This document shows positions 56,685 to 64,000 of a DNA stretch of 64,000 nt, piece after piece (within the stretch, counting starts at the first letter, position 1; each line of letters starts with the position of its first letter). Source of the DNA: a virus (lineage: Duplodnaviria; Caudoviricetes); the IMG/VR virus record IMGVR_UViG_2890524856_000001, positions 18,580 through 82,579 of that record, one strand, 5' to 3'. Made by a program: the position numbers and the translations under genes. The notes under the pieces were generated by a model. That model was not told the DNA's origin. It saw only the letters and a list, made by a program, of their open reading frames with translations, and did no database searches.

Positions 56685-57908
56685 ATGACACACGTACAGC
56701 AAGATGCAGCGGCAGCAAAATCCACATCTGAACTGCGAACTATCGCAGCGCAAACGCAAGCACCAGAATCACGCTTGGATATGTTCACACTGTCCGGACT
56801 GCAACTGGCACACAAACTCGCAAAAACTTACGCATCAAGCAATGCTGTTCCATCCGCATTCCGTGACTACGTGGAAAAAAAAGACAAGAGTGGAACTAAT
56901 CTCATTGAGAACCCTAACGCCATCGGCAATTGCATCGTAGCAATTGAAACTGCGGAATCTACCGGATTTTCTATTTCAGCAGTCATGCAGAATGCACACG
57001 TTATTGAAGGGAAACTGAGTTGGTCTGCTCAGTTCGTTATCGCAGCTATCAACGCATCACGCCGATTTACTCCATTGCGCTTTACGCTGCGCAGCCTTGG
57101 AATGATCAGTGCCAAGTACAAAGAAAAAACGACTTGGAATAAAGACGACGGCCGATACAACATGGTCGACAAGAGTGTCGATATCGAAAATTGGGAATGT
57201 ATTGCGTGGGCGTACCCGATAGAAAATGGGCACCGTGTGGACGAAAAAATTGAATCCATTCCCGTTTCAATGAAAATGGCAGTTGAGGAAGGCTGGTACG
57301 CGAAAAACGGCAGTAAGTGGCAAACTGAAATGAAGTTCCAAATGCTTCAGTACCGTGCAGCTACATTCTTTGGTCGCCTTAATGCACCGGACGTTCTGAT
57401 GGGCTTTGGACAAACTACAGAAGAATTGCAAGATACTGTAATTGACATCACGCCGCAGCCCGATGGAACTCATGCCGCGAACATCGAGCAATTGCGTAAA
57501 ACAGCCGCGGCGCCGGCAGCACGCACAAATCAGGAAGATGTAACTGATGTTGAGGCAAAAGAACTTTCACGCCCAGCCGAAGCCACAAAAGAATATTCCG
57601 AGCCAAAAATCAATGAAACGTCAGCACAAACCAAAGGGGCGACCTCATCTACTGATGCGGCCAATGCATCGAATCACGACTCACCAGCATCACCTGGCGC
57701 CGATGCACAAGCAGCTGATGACTATAAATATGCAATGTCTCTTGTAGAAAAGGGGTCTCTTGAAGAAGCACTGGACTATGCCCGCAGTATGCACCCGGAT
57801 GACGCTGAAGAGATTCGCACAATGGTGGCCGATAAGCGGCAAAAAGCAGAGCAATTAGCAACGCCAGCGCGCCGCACCCGCTCAAATACGGTAGACATGG
57901 GCAGCTAA
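56685..57908 (+). CDS. Single-strand annealing (RecT-like) recombinase
   Basis: NAIGNC.VA...VMQN.HVI.GK.SWSAQF...VSMKMA..EGWY.KNGSKWQ...QML.YRAA.FFGR..APD.LMG. Confidence 0.75.
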   Translation: MTHVQQDAAAAKSTSELRTIAAQTQAPESRLDMFTLSGLQLAHKLAKTYASSNAVPSAFRDYVEKKDKSGTNLIENPNAIGNCIVAIETAESTGFSISAVMQNAHVIEGKLSWSAQFVIAAINASRRFTPLRFTLRSLGMISAKYKEKTTWNKDDGRYNMVDKSVDIENWECIAWAYPIENGHRVDEKIESIPVSMKMAVEEGWYAKNGSKWQTEMKFQMLQYRAATFFGRLNAPDVLMGFGQTTEELQDTVIDITPQPDGTHAANIEQLRKTAAAPAARTNQEDVTDVEAKELSRPAEATKEYSEPKINETSAQTKGATSSTDAANASNHDSPASPGADAQAADDYKYAMSLVEKGSLEEALDYARSMHPDDAEEIRTMVADKRQKAEQLATPARRTRSNTVDMGS

Positions 57909-57979
57909 TCAAGAAAGATTCCAGGGCTGACAATAAAAAGCCCTGATAAAACATAGTCAACGAAATCAAGGTAAGAAAA

Positions 57980-59746
57980 ATGAAGATCACACAAATTGAA
58001 GTACAAAATATCCTCGGCGCTAAAAGCGTGAGCGTTTGCACTAAGGCTCCGGTTATCGTGTTTGCGGGCGACAATTACAGCGGAAAATCAAGTACCTGCG
58101 AAGCTATCTATCAAGCAATGAGCGAAAACTATACTCGTGTCGGCTTGAAAAAAGACTTCTCAAAGCTGGTATCTGATGATCAGAAAAAGGGTATAGCTGT
58201 CGTGCAGTTTGAGGGCGGACAGGCATCGATCTCACTACCAAAAGGAACGCACAATTTTGCATTCGACGGCATTTCGATGAACGATGCCGAGTTGATGCAA
58301 TTAGCAATGCCCTACTGCCTGACAGGAAGTTTTAGCTCAGCTGATAGTGATGAACGTCGCAAATTTTTGTACAAAATGATGAAAGTGAAGACTGGGATCG
58401 GGATTGTGCAAAAAATGCTGATCGACGAAGGCTGTGATGAGAGCAAGCTACCTTCAATACTCCCTTTGCTTGCGTCAGGATTCAAAGCAGCAGAGGAAGA
58501 AGCTAAAGAAAAAGCTAAGGATTCGCGCACTCTATGGAAGAGCGTAACCAAAGAGGTGTACGGGTCAGACAAGGCTGAAACTTGGGAGAATACATTGCCT
58601 GCCGGCTTAGACAATTCTGCTGTAAATATTGACGCAATCAATCAGAGCATCGTTGATCATACTAAACAAATCGAAGAAAGAACTATAGCAATCGGCAAAT
58701 TGCAGGCTGAAATGCAGCAGGCTGCAACAATCAAGCGCAAAGCGGATGAGTTATCAGCTATCGCAGCGACACTGCCTTTTTCAAAAGAATCGCTCGAGAA
58801 CGACCGCAAAGCACTGGCCGACTTCCAGGCGGAAATTGCCGCGGTGCGCGAACTTGCAAGCGGTGAAATCCAAGTCACTACTTACTCATGCCCTTGTTGC
58901 TCTGTAGTATTAACAATAGCTGATGGTGCTCTTTCCGAATATCGTGCGCCAGAGAAAGTCATTGATCCTGCTGCTCAAGAAAAGCTTCCCGGCATGGAGC
59001 GAAAATTAAAATTGCTCGAAGCTGCGGTTATCGCTAGCGAAAATGCAGTAGAGGATGCAGAGGATGCAAAATCTAAACTCAAATTACTGGCTGATGGTGT
59101 GAATTCTGACGCACCAACTATAGAAAGCATAGCGGCCGAGCGCAAAGCGCTGGATGCTATCAACGCGCAACTGAGCAAGCTGAAGCTAGAAAAAGCAAAC
59201 TATGACGCCTTATTGACTGCAGAGGCTGAAGCCAGAAAAAAAACTGAAGATGCAAAACGCCATCACTTAGATGTCCTGGCATATTCAAAAATTGCCGAGC
59301 AACTCTCCCCAGAGGGAATACCGAGCAAACTTCTGGAAAATGCGATTGCTCCGTTTAATCAAGCGCTGGCAAAGTCATCAGAAATATCGTACTGGCATCC
59401 TGTTTCAGTAGACAAAAACATGAGCGTTTTTTATGGCGACCGCCCTTACTCACTCTGCTCTGAGTCGGAAAAGTGGCGCTGTGATGCGATGCTAGCCGAA
59501 GTGATTGCGAAATTCTCAGGTCTGAAGCTTATCATGCTGGATCGTTTCGACTGTCTTAATGCAGAAGGTCGTAGCGATATGATCGCATGGCTTGAGGAAA
59601 TAACAGCGTCGGGATCGATTGATTCTGCCATAGTTTTTGGAACAATGAAGGATAAGCCAAAACTGCCTTCAACCTGCCAGCTAGTCTGGATGATAAATGG
59701 CGAAAATGAACAAGATACGCAACAGCAATCGCTTGTAGCTGCATAG
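57980..59746 (+). CDS. SbcC/Rad50-like ABC ATPase
   Basis: GDNYSGKSS Walker A, coiled coil, CPCC hook, LCSESEKW signature, LDRFD Walker B. Confidence 0.85.
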   Translation: MKITQIEVQNILGAKSVSVCTKAPVIVFAGDNYSGKSSTCEAIYQAMSENYTRVGLKKDFSKLVSDDQKKGIAVVQFEGGQASISLPKGTHNFAFDGISMNDAELMQLAMPYCLTGSFSSADSDERRKFLYKMMKVKTGIGIVQKMLIDEGCDESKLPSILPLLASGFKAAEEEAKEKAKDSRTLWKSVTKEVYGSDKAETWENTLPAGLDNSAVNIDAINQSIVDHTKQIEERTIAIGKLQAEMQQAATIKRKADELSAIAATLPFSKESLENDRKALADFQAEIAAVRELASGEIQVTTYSCPCCSVVLTIADGALSEYRAPEKVIDPAAQEKLPGMERKLKLLEAAVIASENAVEDAEDAKSKLKLLADGVNSDAPTIESIAAERKALDAINAQLSKLKLEKANYDALLTAEAEARKKTEDAKRHHLDVLAYSKIAEQLSPEGIPSKLLENAIAPFNQALAKSSEISYWHPVSVDKNMSVFYGDRPYSLCSESEKWRCDAMLAEVIAKFSGLKLIMLDRFDCLNAEGRSDMIAWLEEITASGSIDSAIVFGTMKDKPKLPSTCQLVWMINGENEQDTQQQSLVAA

Positions 59747-59819
59747 AGCAATAACTTGGCGCGATCGAGATGTTAATAGGCGGGGGCAGGCTCCCGCTTC
59801 AATATGAAAGGCAAAAAAA

Positions 59820-60296
59820 ATGGCGTCCGTAAATAAAGTAATTATCGTCGGGAATTTGGGGAAAGACCCCGATACTCGCTTCACACCGGGTGGCGATGCA
59901 ATGACCAGCATCACGGTCGCGACCACTGACACTTGGAAAGATAAAGCGACAGGCGAAAAGAAAGAGCAGACCGAGTGGCACCGCATTACCTTCTTCGGTA
60001 AGCTGGCAGAAATCGCTGGGCAGTACCTCAAAAAAGGTTCCCAGGTCTACGTCGAAGGCTCCCTGCGTACCCGCAAATACACCGATAAAGACGGCGTGGA
60101 AAAGTATGCAACTGACATCAAAGCAGATTCCATGCAGATGTTAGGCAGCCGCCAGGGTATGGGCGACGCAGGCATGGACGACGGCTACGGCGCACCCACC
60201 CCAGCCCGACGCCCGGCAGCCCCGGCACAACGCCCAGCCCCGGCACAACGCCCAGCCCCGAATTTCTCGGATATGGATGACGATATTCCCTATTGA
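59820..60296 (+). CDS. ssb: Single-stranded DNA-binding protein
   Basis: [17 protein letters not shown]...TEWHRI...DDDIPY acidic tail; GC-rich and host-like. Confidence 0.97.
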   Translation: MASVNKVIIVGNLGKDPDTRFTPGGDAMTSITVATTDTWKDKATGEKKEQTEWHRITFFGKLAEIAGQYLKKGSQVYVEGSLRTRKYTDKDGVEKYATDIKADSMQMLGSRQGMGDAGMDDGYGAPTPARRPAAPAQRPAPAQRPAPNFSDMDDDIPY

Positions 60297-60392
60297 GCGG
60301 CTTGGGTATTTATCCCCAACCGCTTACATACAAAAATACCATGCCAATTTGAATGCGGCGTAGCAGTTTGGACTACATTATTGACGACCGGC

Positions 60393-60833
60393 CTAAGGAG
60401 GCGCGAATACAGGGGTGACCCGTGGGGCGCGTGGATTTCCGCCTCCAATATAGCGACCAAGCTGCGTTCCATCCGGCACACTGTTTTTTAGATACAGTGA
60501 GGTAATACTCAGAAACTGTCCGTTGGAGATGTATTTGAGCACCAGCAGCGCTGCTGGGTTGAGGTTTAGCCGAATTTTACTTTTATCGTGCTCTTCCGCA
60601 GAATAAACTGTCCCAGACTGGCTCAATTTAAAGTAAACCATACTCGCTACTGTATGGTTGTTGTTTATGAGCCATTGGCCATGCCGTTTTTGTATATGCT
60701 CCGCCCCCCAGTAAGCATTTCCCTGTTGCAACTTGATTGGCAGAGGGGCGACCACCCCGGGAATGATGTTACCGGGCATCACCCCGAAAGTTGTTGAACC
60801 ATTAACTGTCCAGAAGCCCAATATGTCTGACAC
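60393..60833 (-). CDS. Putative BECR-fold (PBECR-like) nuclease, solitary moron
   Basis: PIKLQQG..WG.EHI..RH...LVLKY...FLSITSLY pattern; GTG start; opposite orientation to its neighbours. Confidence 0.5.
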   Translation of the reverse strand: MSDILGFWTVNGSTTFGVMPGNIIPGVVAPLPIKLQQGNAYWGAEHIQKRHGQWLINNNHTVASMVYFKLSQSGTVYSAEEHDKSKIRLNLNPAALLVLKYISNGQFLSITSLYLKNSVPDGTQLGRYIGGGNPRAPRVTPVFAPP

Positions 60834-60946
60834 ATGCCACCATACATAAGTTTATGTCGAAGTAGCAATTATCCTCCATGCTGAGGATATACGTACGATT
60901 TACTTTGACTTGCTCATTTTTGAGTAAGATGTGCTACACTATGTTT

Positions 60947-61141
60947 GTCGTTGATGACGAAGCGTCCGCTGTAGTGGCAACAAGGTGAGGCGCATTTAGC
61001 AAAAGTGGGGCCATGTGTAGTACTCACTTGAACGTGGTGTTGGTTTTGATACCAACTCAGGATTCCACTAGCTTAGGCTATTTGGATACTGCGGGCGCCG
61101 TTCCGACAATTAACACTGAAAGCCGCCTCCGGGCGGCTTTC
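60947..61141 (+). ncRNA. Candidate approx 190-nt structured sRNA
   Basis: Extended -10 TGCTACACT at 60932-60940; end-to-end stems (60945-50/61104-09 and 60965-73/61087-95); internal arms; ends in a terminator; no convincing ORF. Confidence 0.5.
61118..61141. terminator. Bidirectional terminator
   Basis: GAAAGCCGCC-TCCG-GGCGGCTTTC. Confidence 0.85.
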
Positions 61142-61385
61142 TTCATTTCAGCTATACCTTCCTCGTACTGAATAGGCACTTTCCTCGGGCTACCAGGCAG
61201 TCTCCTTGCAGATGCACTATCTTGCAGTAGGACAACGTCGTCTGATGATAGACCGTTGGATAAAGCAGACTGCATCTAGTTTGGTTGCGCTGCGACTGGG
61301 ATGTATGCGATCGCCAGACAGTGCTCCCCAAGGCCGGCCAAAACCAAAGTTGCAAACCTAAATGCAGCGTAGTTCCACATTCCTA
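61118..61385 (-). ncRNA. Candidate convergent structured RNA (or leader with a small ORF)
   Basis: TTTATT-N17-TAAAAT at 61392-61420 on the minus strand; stems GCAGTCT/AGACTGC, CAACG/CGTTG, TTTGGTT/AACCAAA. Confidence 0.35.
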
Positions 61386-61449
61386 AATCTGATTTTACTG
61401 CAAAGTGTTATACAAATAAATTTCCCAACGAAACGACAAGGCTAAGAGT

Positions 61450-61483
61450 AACCTTATACGGCTTTTTTTATGCTAAAATGAAT
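61450..61483 (+). promoter_or_regulatory. Operator plus extended -10 promoter of the xis operon
   Basis: AACCTTATACGGCT-N7-TGCTAAAATGAAT. Confidence 0.7.
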
Positions 61484-61582
61484 TTATTGCTTTTTTGCTG
61501 GCTAGCCAATTTAAGAGCTAGAAGCCCGATTGCACCCGCACTTGCATCAATAAAAATTCATATTTGCATTTTTTTAATCACA

Positions 61583-61891
61583 ATGTCAGATTCATTAAAT
61601 ATTAGACAATGCGCCGATTTACTTCACGTCAATGAATCAACTGTTAGTGAAATGGCGATATCTGGAGAGATCCCGGGCGCAAAGATTGGCCGTGCATGGG
61701 TATTTTTGAAGGAAGATGTTATTTCTTATTTGAGGAATGAAATTTCAAAACAGACAGCGGTTCGAAAAAAAGAAGCAGATGAAAAGAAACCAAAAGAAAA
61801 GTTTCCAGAAAGCTCCCTCGTAATGATTAAGGGGGCTCCAAAAGTCAGCAGAAAGCGCGTGCTGCCTGATTTGAGCGCGTATCAAAATTAA
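61583..61891 (+). CDS. Excisionase-like HTH protein
   Basis: LNIRQCADLLHVNESTV...GEIPGAKIGRAWVF; start ATG 61583. Confidence 0.85.
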   Translation: MSDSLNIRQCADLLHVNESTVSEMAISGEIPGAKIGRAWVFLKEDVISYLRNEISKQTAVRKKEADEKKPKEKFPESSLVMIKGAPKVSRKRVLPDLSAYQN

Positions 61892-61981
61892 CTGACATGC
61901 TTAGAGCAAGACGATAGCTATATCGGCGGCGATTTCACCTACATCGAGTGATGATCGCTTTTTTTAATTTGGATATACAAA

Positions 61982-62344
61982 ATGAACATTACCAAAACAG
62001 AAGATGCAAGCGAATCCATTAGCCTTAATTTGATTGATTTGAATGGCCGCCTCTGGACTATCCCCGCGGAGGTAGTGAAGACAAAAATGAAGGATCAAAA
62101 TTTTGCATTACATAAGTCGCTTGATCTTTATGATAATGCATGGGTAGTTACGCATGTTGAAACTGGCGCAATCGTCTACACGGACAACCTTAAGAATGCA
62201 GCAGTTGCAATAGCAGCAAAGAAAATAAATGGCATGACTATCAAAAAATTTAATGAGGCCGTTGAGAAAATTCAAGAAATCCGGCGCGAATTAGAGTCAG
62301 AAAGACGCGCAGAGTTCATTGCGCAACACCTTAATGGTAAGTGA
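61982..62344 (+). CDS. Hypothetical protein
   Basis: 120 aa; FALHK...WVVTHVETGA pattern. Confidence 0.75.
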   Translation: MNITKTEDASESISLNLIDLNGRLWTIPAEVVKTKMKDQNFALHKSLDLYDNAWVVTHVETGAIVYTDNLKNAAVAIAAKKINGMTIKKFNEAVEKIQEIRRELESERRAEFIAQHLNGK

Positions 62345-62380
62345 AATATCAAATTACAATAGACGTCAAAAATATGAGGT

Positions 62381-62578
62381 ATGGGCAGAAAAATGAAATG
62401 GATACGAATATGTTTGTTTATACCAACTTTTCTTTTGCTGATGAATTATCTCGGGTTTGATAAATTTGACCGGAGAGGCGCATCTATTAGAATTTTCGCT
62501 TGCACCCTGGCCTCCTTGGTGATTGTAGGTGTCATAGACTATATTGCAACATCTTTGTTCGGTATTCAATTAGATTAA
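62381..62578 (+). CDS. Small two-TM membrane protein
   Basis: Two hydrophobic helices; SD GAGG. Confidence 0.65.
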   Translation: MGRKMKWIRICLFIPTFLLLMNYLGFDKFDRRGASIRIFACTLASLVIVGVIDYIATSLFGIQLD

Positions 62579-62666
62579 GCATTCAATACTCACAAATAAC
62601 ATACGCCACATTCGGCTTCGGTTAAAATTCGGGCTATCCGAACAACAACTAAAAGTAGAGCCGAAC

Positions 62667-62843
62667 ATGGATTTAGTTTCGCCATTATCAGATCAGGAAG
62701 TTGAATTAATTCAATGCTTCAGAATGTCTGATGAAATTCACAAAAGCTTAATCTTGACTTCGGCAGAAGTTGCAAAAGAGTATGCAATTAAAAAGGCAAA
62801 TCACAAGGCCGAGGTCTACCAGTTTCCGATGACAAGGAATTAA
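62667..62843 (+). CDS. Small hypothetical protein (58 aa, below track cutoff)
   Basis: MDLVSPLSDQEVELIQCFRMSDE...VYQFP; stop overlaps the integrase stop. Confidence 0.5.
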   Translation: MDLVSPLSDQEVELIQCFRMSDEIHKSLILTSAEVAKEYAIKKANHKAEVYQFPMTRN

Positions 62844-64000
62844 CCGAGCCTATCCGCAAGATTACTGGCGCGCAGATTTCCATAGCGAGCTAGCATCCTA
62901 GTTGAGCTGTGCCCAGTAATTTTCATAATTTCAAAGTCGCTAAGATTTGTCTTCTCAAATAATCTTGATGTAGCCTCATGGCGCAAATCGTGGAATCGTA
63001 AATCTCCACACCCAGCGGCATCAAATATTCGCGCAAACTGCCGCGACAACTTTGATGTGGTCTGGCGCAGCGACAAACCATCAAAGCCATCTAGCCAAGG
63101 GAAAAGCAAGTCATTCTGATGGTTGAATCCCGCCATACCCCGGCTTTGACTACTAACAATTTCCAAGTACGAACTGATCGAAGCAATTGCTTTACGAGAA
63201 AGCGGTACCTGGCGCTTATTGCCATTTTTTGTTTTATCGAGAAATATAGTCTTCTTCTCTAGAGATATCTGATCGAGTGTTAGAGAAAACATCTCTCGCA
63301 TCCGCATTGCGGACTCTAGAGCCAAATCAAAAATAAGCTCAATTGCCGCCTGATAATTCATCTCAAGTGGGCGCTCGCGCTGACTTGGCTTATCTCTAGC
63401 CATTACTGAGCGAATTCGCTCTTCTTCGCCGGGCTCCAGCCGGCGATCACGCTTGTCGTCACTTTTCTCTGCATGCTCACCATCAAATGCTCGCGCTGCA
63501 GCGACATCTCTATCTGAATACTGCGCGTACCGCTTTGGTAGTTGCCTAATCGGGTTTATAACAAGCGGCACTATATTTCGCCTACCAGCCCAATCAAAGC
63601 AGCGACCAAGAGCCCCGACATGATGCCGGATAGTATCAGGCGAAAGGTTATATTCGACCTTCATTGCAAACACCCACTTCTCAACCCAGGCGTAATCGAT
63701 TCTCTTTAACTCTGCTTCACCAATGCGGGCATATTGAACATTGAGCAGCCTCTCATCTGAATCTGGCACTGAATTTGCGACCAGGTACTCTTTAATTAGG
63801 TCAGCAATTGTGTTGTGCTCTGACTTTTTTGCAAAGAGCTCTTGCGGAACGATCCCACGGTCTAGCAGCGCTTCAAGCTTTGCTACATACGAATCACCCT
63901 CAGCCTCATCAGCAAATGTCAAATATAGCGGCTTAGCCAATAATGACTTGCGCTTAATGACGTATTCCCATCCTTTATTCTTCTGTCTCTTTGTAGCCAT
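62840..64000 (-). CDS. int: Tyrosine recombinase/phage integrase
   Basis: ESAMRMRE (R), KTKNG (K), FHDLRHEA (HxxR), ITGHSS..ML.RY (H, Y). Confidence 0.95.
   Translation of the reverse strand: MATKRQKNKGWEYVIKRKSLLAKPLYLTFADEAEGDSYVAKLEALLDRGIVPQELFAKKSEHNTIADLIKEYLVANSVPDSDERLLNVQYARIGEAELKRIDYAWVEKWVFAMKVEYNLSPDTIRHHVGALGRCFDWAGRRNIVPLVINPIRQLPKRYAQYSDRDVAAARAFDGEHAEKSDDKRDRRLEPGEEERIRSVMARDKPSQRERPLEMNYQAAIELIFDLALESAMRMREMFSLTLDQISLEKKTIFLDKTKNGNKRQVPLSRKAIASISSYLEIVSSQSRGMAGFNHQNDLLFPWLDGFDGLSLRQTTSKLSRQFARIFDAAGCGDLRFHDLRHEATSRLFEKTNLSDFEIMKITGHSSTRMLARYGNLRASNLADRLG

Larger units (their letters stand above)
1..64000. mobile_element. Temperate phage/prophage segment: P1-like virion genes, lambdoid early region and tyrosine integrase; extends beyond both edges
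   Basis: Continuous phage gene content (portal, terminase, baseplate, tail fibre, darAB, repressor, replication, integrase); no host housekeeping operons. Confidence 0.95.

Noticed and set aside
60219-60259. 18-bp tandem repeat in ssb
   Set aside because: Encodes the ordinary PAQRPA low-complexity linker
61242-61248. Hammerhead ribozyme (CTGATGA)
   Set aside because: No GAAA core or correctly placed stems; the motif lies in a simple hairpin
61141-61385. CsrA/RsmA sponge RNA
   Set aside because: About six GGA motifs in 265 nt, close to chance

Overview
The whole window is part of a temperate phage genome, probably an integrated prophage of an Oxalobacteraceae-type betaproteobacterium (inferred from the ssb sequence and a small HTH family). 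It combines three modules. (1) A P1-like myovirus morphogenesis module: portal, head protease, terminase, Tub, BplA, gp25/gp26-like proteins, a Sit-like tape measure with a VgrG3-type muramidase, and a 1.57-kaa tail fibre. (2) A P1-type injected anti-restriction operon, darA-darB-ulx. (3) A lambdoid early region: cI/cro-like switch, O/P-like replication genes, recombination genes, and an xis-like gene plus tyrosine integrase at the right edge. Capsid, sheath and lysis genes are not in the window. Two regulatory codes are directly visible. One is a five-copy putative late promoter, GGAAAA-N29-NA(A/T)ANT. The other is a dispersed 14-bp palindromic operator, AGCC(A/T)TNNA(T/A)GGCT, usually overlapping sigma70 promoters. 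The most unusual items are: a repressor-controlled, mostly non-coding transcription unit carrying alternating 14-bp inverted repeats around tRNA-like folds (36.4-37.5 kb); an LprI lysozyme-inhibitor moron facing the tail muramidase; a polyvalent DarA with InPase-like and LPD3-like modules; and a solitary BECR-like nuclease gene divergent from a structured ncRNA candidate (60.4-61.4 kb). All family assignments come from motif recognition by eye; no searches were run.
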